From Eledone cirrhosa (Eukaryota): DNA of 64,000 bases. The position numbers were made by a program, and so were the translations under genes. Positions 1 to 11,854 of this stretch are shown in pieces. Below the pieces are notes generated by a model, which saw nothing but the letters and a program-made list of their open reading frames with translations, did no database searches and was not told where the DNA came from. Each line of letters begins with the position of its first letter. Position 1 is the stretch's first letter. The DNA is taken from positions 173,662,001 through 173,726,000 of the forward strand of contig OZ024743.1 of the NCBI GenBank assembly GCA_964016885.1, in the 5' to 3' direction.

Positions 1-1290
1 GCCTACTGGCTGTAGTAGGTTTTACTATGTATTTAGGTAAGGCGGGTCTTCTCTGTTACTGAGTACCGCCAAAGGTCTCGGTCCAGTGACATTGTCTTGG
101 AGAGGTGTAAGTGTGTGAGGTCGGAGTTTATCAGCTCGTCCCAGGTTTTTCTAGGTCTGCCTATTCCGTGGCTACCGTCTATCTTTATTGCCCTGCACTT
201 TGTTATACAGCTATCGACTTTCATGCGCAATCACGTGTCCATACCAACGTAGCCTTCTCTCGAGTAAACAACATCTGATCCCTCTTATTTCTAATTTTTT
301 CCTTAGTTCGTTTATGCTTTGCCGTTCACGTATATTACTGTTACACATCCAGCGGAGCATGCAAGCTTCGTTCCTCTCTAGTCTGCGTATATCCTCTGCA
401 CACAATACCCAGGTCTCACTGCCATGCAACATTGCTGTTCGTATGCAGGCATCGTACAACCTGCCTTTCATTTTTAGGGAGAACCCTTTAGCAGCTAATA
501 GTGGTATAAGCTCTCTGAACTTTTTCCAACCAGTTCTGACTCTAGCTACTGTACTTTCAGAGCACCCTCCCCCACTGCTGATTTTATCACCCAGGTAACG
601 GAAGCTGTCCACTATTTCTATAGAACCCTCTGCGCAATTGAAAGAGCTAGTATTTTGTGGGCACTTGCTGCTACTTATTGCACCAGAGCACCGGCCACAT
701 GTAAAATCTATGTTCTTAGTTAGCTTACCTGTGATCCCACTACATCTTTTATGCACCCATACTTTGCATTTAGGACATAAAATGGAGTTTCTACCTATGC
801 CTTTCCTACACACCGAGCACGACCATTTCCCAGAAGGGACCGCCACCTTATTTTCTTTCCTACAAACTAGAACTTTAGTCTTAGCCAGGTTAATTTTAAG
901 GCCTTTTGATTCTAGGCCGTGCTTCCATGTTTGGAATTTCTTCTCTAGCTCGGCCATTGATTCCGCTATGAGTGTCAGGTCGTCTGCGTATAGGAGTTCC
1001 CATGGGCAGCCGGTCTTGAACTCCTCTGTTATAGCCTGAAGGGCAATAATAAATAGTAGGGGGCTGAGAACAGAACCCTGATGGACGCCAACTTTTACGC
1101 TAAACTCTTCACTATATTCGTTGTTAATTCTAACCTTGCTGACTGTTTCTTTATACATGGCTTGTATAGCTCTCACAAGCCATTCGTCAACGCCTAGTTT
1201 TCTAAGAGCCCACCAGATAATGGAGCGGGGGACTCTGTCGAAGGCTTTCTCCAAGTCGACAAAAGCTAAGTAGAGGGGTTTACCTTTAGC
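1..1290 (-). mobile_element. RTE-clade LINE, 5'-truncated (RT, internal PHD finger, C-terminus; frameshift near 225)
   Basis: ORF 211..1254 has [33 protein letters not shown] and RRLRWYGHV; the C-terminus continues in ORF 33..230 (GRPRKTW). Confidence 0.93.
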
Positions 1291-1661
<371 letters not shown>

Positions 1662-1664
<3 letters not shown>

Positions 1665-2892
1665 GATTTCAGCAAGGCCTTTGACAGGGTTGATCACAAC
1701 ATTCTACTGAGAAAGCTGTCCAATATTGGTGTCACTGGAAAGCTGCTGCAGTGGATCAAGAGCTTCTTGTAAAACAGAACCCAACATGTTGTAGTCGAAG
1801 GAGTCAAATCCAGCCCAGCCAAAGTCAGTAGTGGGGTCCCACAAGGCACTGTGTTGGGCACACTTCTCTTCATCATCTATATTAATGACATCACTGACAT
1901 CATCAAACACAGCAACATTAGAATTTTCGCTGATGATTCCAAGCTGCAAAAGGTCATCGATGGCGTGGATGACCGGATAAGCCTTCAGTCAGACCTACTG
2001 GCTGTTACTCAATGGGCGGAAAAGAACAACATGTTACTGAACGAAGACAAATTCAAACTCATCCACTTTGGAAAAGAGAATGCTCTGAAACTCCCGTACT
2101 CCCTTCCCTCCGGTGAAACTCTCGTGGCATCTAACAACATCAGAGACTTGGGAGTAACCGTGGACAGCAACATAAGCTGGGCCACACATATAAACAACAA
2201 AGTTGACATGGCCCGCAGAATGTGTTCCTGGATCCTCAGAACCTTCCAGTCGAGAGATTCCCACACCATTATCCTTCTCTTCTCTACTTTTGCCCGACCA
2301 CACCTTGAACACTGTTGTCCACTGTGGTCTCCCCACACGAAACAAAGTATCATGAAACTTGAAGCTCCCCAAAGGGCAATCACGAAAAAGATAGATGGCA
2401 TGTCAGACCTTGACTACTGGGGTCGACTAGAAAAGCTGAAACTTTACTCACTCCAACGTCGCCGTGAGCATTATATTATCTGCATGATGTGGAAAATGTT
2501 TCATCATCACTGCCCAAATGATGTTGGCATCACCTTCAAATTACACCCAAGGCTTGGGCCCCGTGAAACCGTCCCAAACAAAAATCTAAATCGCAACTCA
2601 TAACAATACGGCACAATTATTTCACCTCAATTGGTCCTGCTCTCTTCAACATCACACCAGGACACGTCAAAACAGAAACTGACCACACAAAATTCAAGAA
2701 GTCTTTGGACAAATTCCTCCAAGTAAATCCCGGACAAACCACCCACACCCGGATATCTCTCCGCAAACAGTAATTCTCTTCTCGAATGGGCCATGGTGCC
2801 CAAATCCTGAATTGAAAGACTTCGCCAGGTGGTGCTATTAAGACATGGCCTGGGCCAATACTGGCCAAAACATTTCAAAGTTATTCAAAGTT
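1662..2892 (+). mobile_element. CR1/L2-group LINE, 5'-truncated, degenerate RT
   Basis: [38 protein letters not shown]; stop near 1770; ends in a short tandem tail TTCAAAGTTATTCAAAGTT. Confidence 0.9.
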
Positions 2893-2921
2893 ATATATAT
2901 ATATGGATAATGCTATATCAT

Positions 2922-3108
2922 AATTGTTTCTACTTTAGGCACAAGGCCAGCAATTACCCAGTGCATTACTGGTACTTTATTTTATCGACCCCGTAAGGAT
3001 GAAAGGCAAAGTCAACCTCGGCGGGATTTGAACTCAGATCGTAAAGGGACGTAACTATGCTGGAAAGCATAGCGTCCGACCCTCTACTGATACTGCCAAT
3101 CCACCGCC
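2922..3108 (-). mobile_element. tRNA-derived SINE family A
   Basis: Minus strand: GGCGGTGGATTGGCAGTA head, B-box GAGTTCAAATCC, core GCCTTTCATCCTTACGGGGTCGATAAA, tail AAAGTAGAAACAATT; about 20 full or partial copies in the window. Confidence 0.88.
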
Positions 3109-3229
3109 ATTATATCATAATGCTATCATTATGATGGATGTCATCCCACTGTGGGTCAATATATGCATATGTTTTTATATGTCTCTTGTGTTGAAAAGGA
3201 GATCAAGTATGCTATAGATCACTAAATAG

Positions 3230-3278
3230 TTGCTCCGAAGAATCCAAACCTCGGTTTGGAGGAAACAATTGTAAGCAA
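3230..3278 (+). ncRNA. Type I hammerhead ribozyme-like motif, variant core CCGAAGA
   Basis: Stem I TTGCT/AGCAA; CCGAAGA; stem II TCCAAACC-TC-GGTTTGGA; GAAAC-AATT-GTA with palindromic stem III. Confidence 0.65.
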
Positions 3279-3484
3279 ATAAATGATTTAAACTGAACTT
3301 CGATTATTGTAATTTCTATATAACTGCTCTGTAAAACAACCGATGTTATTACATTGAGCTATTTATCTTACTGGTAATAAGATAGTAATTAATGACTATC
3401 TTTCACTATTTGGGGTTTATATAGAAAATATATAACCATAAAAGGTTTTATTATATACATAACCATAAATAGTATCCTTAATAC

Positions 3485-3570
<86 letters not shown>

Positions 3571-3685
3571 GATATATATCTATATCTATATATATATATG
3601 GATATATATAGATATATATATATATATATATGGATATATATATATATATATATGGATATATATGGATATATATATATATATATGG

Positions 3686-4020
3686 ATCCATCCCACCACC
3701 CCCACCACATCAACACCGCCCCTTTCAATGTAAAGTTATGTTGGTGCCACAACATCCAGGCCGAAACAAATGAGACCGTGTAGGTGTCACGACAAAAAAA
3801 ACACACAGTCCACGCTGTAATGTGGCCATGTAGGCAACACGGTAAAAACCTCCCAGCCCCACAATGTAAATGTGGTTGGTGTTAGGAAGGGCATCCAGCT
3901 GTAGAAAACCCGCCAGACAGTCCTATGCGAGCAAGACAACCACTCTTGCCTCAAGTGGGAAAACTCCCGTCCAAAACCATGCAAGCGTGGAACATGGACG
4001 TTAAACGATGATGATGATGA
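3686..4020 (+). mobile_element. RTE LINE 3' UTR fragment with (ATG)n tail
   Basis: Matches the 3' UTRs of the RTE copies at 55335-55680 (-) and 59400-59718 (+). Confidence 0.85.
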
Positions 4021-4207
4021 TATATATATATATATATGGATATATATATATATATGGATATATATATATATATATGGATATATATATATATATATATATA
4101 TATGGATATATATATATGGATAGATATATATATATGGATATATATATATATATGGATATATCCATATATATATATATATATATATATCCATATATATATA
4201 TATATAT

Positions 4208-4553
4208 GGAGGCACATGGCTTAGTGGTTAGAGCATTGGCCTTGCAATCGAAAGGTTGTGAGTTCAATTCTCAGACCGGGTGATGTGTTGTTTCCTTGAG
4301 CAAGACACTTTATTTCACATTGCTCCAGTTTACTCAGCTGTAGAAATGAGATGATAGGGACTGGGGTCCCTATCATTCCACTGCAAAGTGGTCGTGGAGG
4401 TGCCACGGCAAAAAAGCACCCTGCACTCACTGTAAATGAGGTTGGTGTTAGGAAGGGCATCCAGCTGTAGAAATCAAGCCAGAATCAGTTCCCGTCCCAC
4501 CCTTGCAAGCAGGGAAAAGTGGACGTAAAATGAGATGATGATGATGATGATGA
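4208..4553 (+). mobile_element. tRNA-derived CORE-like SINE family B with RTE-derived 3' tail
   Basis: A-box TGGCTTAGTGG, B-box GAGTTCAATTC, CORE-like CCTTGAGCAAGACACTT...CAGCTGTAGAAATG, 3' part matches the RTE 3' UTR, (ATG)n tail. Confidence 0.85.
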
Positions 4554-4582
4554 TATATATATCCATACATATATATATGTAT

Positions 4583-4616
<34 letters not shown>

Positions 4617-4727
4617 ATATATATATAAATATATATATATGGATATATATATATATATATATATATATGGATATATATATATATATATATATATATATGG
4701 ATATATATATATATATATATATGGATA

Positions 4728-4760
<33 letters not shown>

Positions 4761-4814
4761 GGATATATATATATATATATATATATGAATATATATATAT
4801 ATATAGATATATAT

Positions 4815-4852
<38 letters not shown>

Positions 4853-5116
4853 ATATATATATATATATATATATATGGATATATATATATATATATATGG
4901 ATATATATATATATATATGGATATATATATATATATATATGGATATATATATATATATATATGGATATATGGATATATATATATATATGGATATATGGAT
5001 ATATATATATATATATATGGATATATATATATATGGATATATATATATATATGGATATATATATATATATATATGGATATATATATATATATGGATATAT
5101 TTATATATATATATAT

Positions 5117-5152
<36 letters not shown>

Positions 5153-5822
5153 ATATATATCTATATATATATATGGATAGTATAAAAGAGAAAACACAGG
5201 TAAGCATTAAGAGAAGGATTTTATCCAGGTATTTACGACCGTTTCATTGGTAAGTGCAACCTTATATTGCTATACTGCACATAGCAGCCACTCAATTATA
5301 ATTGTTGTTCACAGTCCAAATTTTTTCTCTTTTATACTTTATACTCCAAGATTGAACGGAATTCTTACAAACTTGTGGAGTTAAACCTAACCGTACGTTG
5401 AAACCATCCATGAAACTGGCTTTCTTAACCAAAAACTGGATCACAATAAGCAATTTTTTTCTTCTCTAACTATATATATGGAGATATATATATATATATG
5501 GATATATATATATATATGGATATATATATATATATGGATAAATATATATTTATATATGGATGTATATATATTTATATATGGATATATATATATTTATATA
5601 TGGATATATATATATTTATATATGGATATTTATATATTTATATATGGATATATATATATTTATATATCGATATATATATATATATATATATATATGGAAA
5701 TATATATTATATATGGAAATATATATATATATATGGAAATATATATATATATATATTGTTATACTTGGGGAGGGTCATATTTGTGTAATAAACTAATTCA
5801 TCCCCGTTATATATATATATAT

Positions 5823-6008
5823 AATTGTTTCTACTTTAGGCACAAGGCCAGCAACCACCCAGTGAATTACTGGTACTTTATTTTATCGACCCCGTAAGGA
5901 TGAAAGGCAAAGTCAACCTCGGCGGGATTTGAACTCTGATCGTAAAGGGACGTAACTATGCTGGAAAGCATGGCGTCCGACCCTCTACCAATACTGCCAA
6001 TCCACCGC
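5823..6008 (-). mobile_element. SINE family A
   Basis: Near-identical to 2922-3108. Confidence 0.88.
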
Positions 6009-6041
6009 CCTTATATATATATATAATATATATATATATAA

Positions 6042-6303
6042 GGAGGCACATGGCTTAGTGGTTAGAGCATTGGCCTGGCAATCGAAAGGTTGTGAGTTCA
6101 ATTCTCAGACCGGGTGATGTGTTGTTTCCTTGAGCAAGACACTTTATTTCACATTGCTCCAGTTTACTCAGCTGTAGAAATGAGATGAGGTTGGTGTTAG
6201 GAAGGGCATCTAGCTGCAGAAATCAAGCCAGAATCAGTTCCCGTCCCACCCTTGCAAGCAGGGAAAAAGCGGACTTAAAAACGAAATGATGATGAATGAT
6301 GAT
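6042..6303 (+). mobile_element. SINE family B, internally deleted
   Basis: Same head, core and tail as 4208-4553, lacking the middle segment. Confidence 0.85.
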
Positions 6304-6452
6304 ATTAATAATAATAAATTTGAAGACTAAAATCCAAGGTGGACTCGATAAGGATAAATATATATCAAATATATAAGAACCGTAGAGCAAATATTTATTA
6401 AAATAACAGATTACAAATAATTAAATAAACGTAAATAAATAAATCCATATAT

Positions 6453-6795
6453 GGAGGTACATGGCTTAGTGGTTAGAGCATTGGCCTTGCAATCGAAAGG
6501 TTGTGAGTTCAATTCTCACACCGGGTGATGTGTTGTTTCCTTGAGCAAGACACTTTATTTCACATTGCTCCAGTTTACTCAGCTGTAGAAATGAGATGAT
6601 AGGGACTGGGGTCCCTATCATTCCACTATAAAGTGGACGTGTAGGTGCCACGGCAAAAAATACCCAGCACTCACTGTAAATGAGGTTGGTGTTAGGAAGG
6701 GCATCCAGCTGTAGAAATCAAGCCAGAATCAGTTCCCGTCCCACCCTTGCAAGCAGGGAAAAAGCGGACGTAAAATGAAATGAAAATGAAAATGA
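6453..6795 (+). mobile_element. SINE family B
   Basis: Near-identical to 4208-4553. Confidence 0.85.
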
Positions 6796-7099
6796 TAACA
6801 AGCATACCTACATGTAAATACACATATGTTCAGAGACGTACGTCAACCAAAACACGAAGTACACATATACACACACCCTACATACGTAAGAGCCCACATA
6901 ATCACACAGATGCAAAACTTACGTATACACATAACCAAAAGTATATGTACCAGAATATATAAAATATACGCCATAACATATACAATCAAATATACGTACG
7001 AGAAAGTTTACGTACCTTCACAAAACATACAGGTAATATATACTTACCTATACAAATAAGTAATGGTATAAACATAACATATACTTAGCTACCACATCA

Positions 7100-8530
7100 A
7101 GACCTAAAATATCCGCGTATAGATCGTACTTTCCGTTAGGGTATAATGTGAGGCTGTAATACAGGAAAGTTTTGTGCAATTTATGTTTACAGCTGAAATT
7201 GCCTCAGATATTTTGTTTAAGATGTGGTCTGTGGCGTAGAGTATTTCCAGGGCCTCAGCGGCGCAGAGGTAACATGGTCTTTTATTTCCATTATACGATC
7301 TAGCCCTAGCTAGGATCTCCCAGTGTAACTTATATTGGGTGTGGTTGTCTTTTAGACTCCAGATATAAGCTGAAAGTGACGTCATATTCCTTCTTAGAGG
7401 GTAACGAAAAGAATGGGTATGCATGTAAAGACGCTGCTTGAATCTATTGGCGGTTAACCCTATGTAGGCCCTACGGGACGTGGGTGTTTCAACCTTACAT
7501 TTGTAGACAATGTTACTAGAGAGGCATTTCCCGGATAGGGGACAGTCAACCCGATTCCTACAATTACAATTAGTACTAACTACAGGGTTGCACGTGTTCC
7601 TACGGCTAGGTAGTTTAGCTAAATTTGAAGCTTGATGTTATGTGCAAGGTTAGGAGTCGTAGAGTAAGAAATTTTAATAGTATTTCTATTAAAAATTTTA
7701 CTATATTTATGTGTAGGTGGAAAATGCTTCGTAATAAGGGAGAGAAGATCTTAGCTAATGGTGTGGCCACATCCATATTATATGGTGGGTTATACCATAT
7801 AATGTGACGGGATCTATTTCTTCTAGGTCTATTCTCGTACTCTGTATATGCTACCTTATCGATAAATCCACTCCGAGCAAGAGCTTCATTGTAATATGTG
7901 GAATGGTCGTTGAAAATATGCTCGTTAGTAGATAGACGGGAAAGCCTCAAAGAAACGTTTCTTACCAAGTTCTTGGTTATGCTGGTAGGATGGTTGGAAT
8001 GCTTACTTATGTCATTAAGCGTATCATTTGGCTTTCTATACAGGTAATACAAGCCATTCGATAAATTGAGGGTAACGTCGAGGTAATTAACGACCGAGAG
8101 CTTGGCCTCAACCTGTATAGAGAGGTTGAAGCTTATAAAGAAGGCCGTGAGTTCTTTTCTGAACCTGTCGCAAGCACGTGGACCGCACTTAGTCATGGTC
8201 AAAAGACCATCATCACGGTACAAACCACCGCCCGCGTTGGGGAATTCTTACTTGATAGATAAAAGAAGGAAAAGGCCGATAAGATCAGCAACCTCCGCAG
8301 AGTCACTGGCGCCCATACTCACGTCGAATGGGGTACTATTGGATTTTTTAATCCAAATAGAGTCGTCGAAATTAATCACCGACTTTCGGGCATTAAGGAT
8401 GACATCAACTTCGAAATCCTTAACCACTGAGTGTTTTAGCGAAATTGATAGCTCTAAGGAGAAGTGGTAAAGTGATGGAGGAGTAGTAATTATTGATGTC
8501 GAATTGGATAAAACGGCAATGTTCCGGAAA
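7100..8530 (-). mobile_element. Penelope-like element (Naiad-like), degenerate RT plus GIY-YIG endonuclease
   Basis: YRDDGL, NYLDVTLNL, SNHP, IIWYNPPY; linker CNCRNRVDCPLSGKCL; endonuclease IVYKC...YIG; C-terminal CYLC; frameshifted. Confidence 0.88.
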
Positions 8531-8623
8531 TGTATATATATATATATATGGAAATATATATATATATATATATAAAATAATTAAGTCAAATATTTAAAAT
8601 TTGGATTCGTTTATTAAAGATAT

Positions 8624-8678
8624 ACTGCTATATATATTTCGGTGACAGCCATCATTGGCTGTGACCTCTTCAGGCAGT
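8624..8678 (-). ncRNA. Minimal type I hammerhead ribozyme
   Basis: Minus strand: ACTGC-CTGAAGA-GGTCACAGCCA ATGA TGGCTGTCACC-GAAA-TATATATA-GCAGT. Confidence 0.8.
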
Positions 8679-8902
8679 CTAATTGGTGTGGGAGAGACAG
8701 GTACACATGTTGTAGAAGTGTGTTTTACTCTGTCAATACTCCAATATGTCCAGCTCCTGGTTGCGTTGTTATTTCTCTGAGGAACTGGAATCATATTCCT
8801 CAGAGAAATAACAACGCAACCAGGAGCTGGACATATCGGAGTATTGACGGAGTAAAACACACTTCAACAACATGTGTACCTGTCTCTACCACACCAATTC
8901 GG

Positions 8903-8957
8903 ACTGCCTGAAGAGGTCACAGCCAATGATGGCTGTCACCGAAATATATATAGCAGT
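8903..8957 (+). ncRNA. Minimal type I hammerhead ribozyme
   Basis: Stem I ACTGC/GCAGT, CTGAAGA, long stem II, GAAA, palindromic TATATATA stem III, AUA triplet. Confidence 0.8.
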
Positions 8958-9164
8958 ATATCTTTAATAAACGAAGCCAAATTTTTCAATATTTGACTTA
9001 ATTATTTTACATTACTCCGGAGTAACCAAACCAACCTGCGTACTTCGTCGAGTGCTCCAATCTGCATACTGAGGTGTCGGTAAACAACCAACATATACTC
9101 AAAATTTATATATATATATATATGGATATATATATATATATATATATAAAAATTTATATATATA

Positions 9165-10116
9165 CTAGCAGTAAAGCCCGGCGTTGCTCGGGGTCGCTCA
9201 GTAGCTGTGTTAAAGTTACAATGTTAAGTTTCTTTCTTGGCTTAAAAACTGTAGTGTCTACTGTGCAGACTTGCATGTGGTGTTTTTGATTAATATTCCC
9301 TCAACCAACAATATGCCTTATGAAGTTAAGAAAACATAACGATAACCCGAATGTTATAACAAAAGAGGATGCTGGGGATAGAAACTGCACTGGTTATTTA
9401 TTAACAAAGATCGAAAATGTAAACACTGCAACGCAGAGAAAAACATTAGCGTAACCAAATTATCAGTTATGTCTGTCTGCACGCCTATATCACCTCTCTG
9501 CACGACTGTCTGTCTGCACGCCTATATCACCTCTCTGCACGACTGTCTGTCTGCACGCCTATATCACCTCTCTGCACGACTATCTGTCTGCACGCCTATA
9601 TCACTTCTCTGCACGACTATCTGTCTGCACGCGTATATCACCTCTCTGCACGACTATCTGTCTGCACGCCTAACGACGAAATATTTGCTTGTTTTACGTA
9701 GTCTTTAAATAGACTTGTTTTCAAGTAAAAATATTGTTTTAAAATGCTTTTAAATGGAAATGAAGCAAAACGGAAGCTTAGTGTTCGAACTGATGAATTT
9801 TGCAGGTCAATATTTTGCTGGCTCGACAACTGTTCGTGTATTGTGTTAATGTCATTTTAAACGCTGAGAAAGCCAGCGTAATTTTTTACGTAAGACGCTC
9901 AATGTAAACAGAACAAAGGGAAATAACTGATCACTTACGCTCAAAAATCGATACATTATATTCGATTTCGTCACATAGGGTGGGTCAATTTGAAATATTT
10001 TTTTCCGATGTCTTCGCTAGGGCTCAATGTACAAGTATAGCAATTTCGGTGCAATTCCGTCAGAGATTCTAAGAGGAGATGTGTGCCAAAAATCGATAGA
10101 CAGACAGACAACCACA

Positions 10117-10125
<9 letters not shown>
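9165..10125 (-). mobile_element. Non-autonomous Helitron
   Basis: Minus-strand 3' end has hairpin CCCGAGCAACGCCGGG then CTAG|T; 5' end TATATAAAACTGTGGTTGTCTGTCTGTC merges into (TA)n. Confidence 0.78.
9472..9670. repeat. 36-bp minisatellite, about 5.5 copies, inside the Helitron
   Basis: Unit TCTGTCTGCACGCCTATATCACCTCTCTGCACGACT. Confidence 0.92.
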
Positions 10126-10155
<30 letters not shown>

Positions 10156-10234
10156 TCATCATTTTATATATATATATATGGATATATATATCATTATTGG
10201 ATATATATATCATCATTATATATATATATATCAT

Positions 10235-10288
<54 letters not shown>

Positions 10289-10566
10289 TCATTATATATA
10301 TATATATCAACATTATCGGACGCCATGCTTTCCAGCATAGTTACGTCCCTTTACGATCTGAGTTCAAATCCCGCCGAGGTAAACTTTGCCTTTCATCCTT
10401 ATGAGGTCGATAAAATGGCCTTGTGCCAAAAGTAGAAACAATTATATATATATATCATCATTATATATATATATACATATATATATCATTATATATATAT
10501 ATATATCATCATTTTATATATATATCATCCTTTTATATATATATATCATCATCATTTTTATATATA

Positions 10567-10712
10567 CTAGCAGAATGGCCCGGCGTTGCTCGGGATTTGC
10601 TCTAGGGTTCTTATATATTTGACATATATTTATCCTTATCGAGCCTCGTGAAATAAATCCGTTTGTTTATATTTTGTTATTGTGTATGCAAAAATATCTG
10701 TACTCGAATATA

Positions 10713-10748
<36 letters not shown>

Positions 10749-11107
10749 TAACAGATTCAAGTTTAAGCAAAGAATCGCTGCTTTCACCCTTAACGGGATC
10801 TTCTGAAACTAAAAAAATCAATCTGTGAACACAGAAGTAAATATTTCGAAAAACGTTACACACTATATATATATACATATGTATATATATACACTATATA
10901 TATGTATATATATACACACTATATATATACATATACACACACACACAGCGTCATAATGTCGTAATGCAGACAGCCAGACATACAGACAGATATTATAAGG
11001 GCGCAACGTTATATCTATGTATAAAGTTTGAAAACAATCGGTTGGGTGGTTCTCGAGTTTTAGTGAGCTGACAGACAGACAGACATTCTCTGTTTTAGAT
11101 ATATAGA
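10567..11107 (-). mobile_element. Non-autonomous Helitron with both termini
   Basis: 5' A|TCTATATATCTAAAAC-(TGTC)n; 3' hairpin CCCGAGCAACGCCGGG then CTAG|T; internal sequence recurs near 6310, 34875, 39870 and 44240. Confidence 0.8.
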
Positions 11108-11235
11108 TATATATCATCATTTTAAAAGCAGACGTAAAATGATGATGATGATGATGATATATGTATGATATGTATAGTTATATATATATGTATAATATAT
11201 ATAGTTATATGGATATATGTATAATATATATATAT

Positions 11236-11289
<54 letters not shown>

Positions 11290-11547
11290 TCTGCATGTAT
11301 GTGATAATTGTGTTGATAGAGTATTTCAGCTGATCAAGAGTCAATGGCCCTAGTTGAGACAGAATGGTAGTGAGAGGAGAGAGAGAGTGGCAGTGAGAGG
11401 AGAGAGAGTGGTAGTGAGAAGAGAGAGAGAGAGAGTGGCAGTGAGAGGAGAGAGAGTGGTAGTGAGAAGAGAGAGAAGAAGAGGCAGACATTGGGAGGTG
11501 ATTTTATATGGAGAGTAACGATTGAACTTGTGGGTCATTAAATATTG

Positions 11548-11608
11548 ACTACTACTACTTCTACTACTTCTACTGCTGCTGCAACTACTGCTACTGCTGC
11601 AACTACTG

Positions 11609-11642
<34 letters not shown>

Positions 11643-11661
11643 CACCACCATTAATACCCCA

Positions 11662-11700
<39 letters not shown>

Positions 11701-11712
11701 CACTATCACCAA
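11548..11712. repeat. (CTA)n/(CTG)n trinucleotide microsatellite
   Basis: Read directly; preceded by a GA-rich tandem at 11366-11480. Confidence 0.9.
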
Positions 11713-11854
11713 TACTAGTTAACTGCAGTCTTCTAGAATGACTAGTTATATAGTTGGTATTAGTGAGGCTTATTAGAAGTTAGAACATCACCTCATTCCA
11801 TCCTAAACTGACTCACTGGTTTGTAATGTTTGTTGTACTTAACAGGATTGTAGT

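Larger units (their letters stand above)
8573..9105. mobile_element. Fold-back element: about 210-bp inverted arms plus a one-sided tail, one hammerhead per arm (Penelope pLTR-like)
   Basis: 8573-8784 is the reverse complement of 8796-9009 with few mismatches; unique tail 9010-9105; flanked by (TA)n. Confidence 0.85.

Noticed and set aside
4208-4280. tRNA genes at SINE heads
   Set aside because: A and B boxes are present, but there is no complete cloverleaf and each continues into SINE core and tail.
9472-9670. CRISPR-like regular 36-bp repeats (also the 33-bp units at 60598-60710)
   Set aside because: Head-to-tail tandem units without unique spacers, eukaryotic context, no cas genes.
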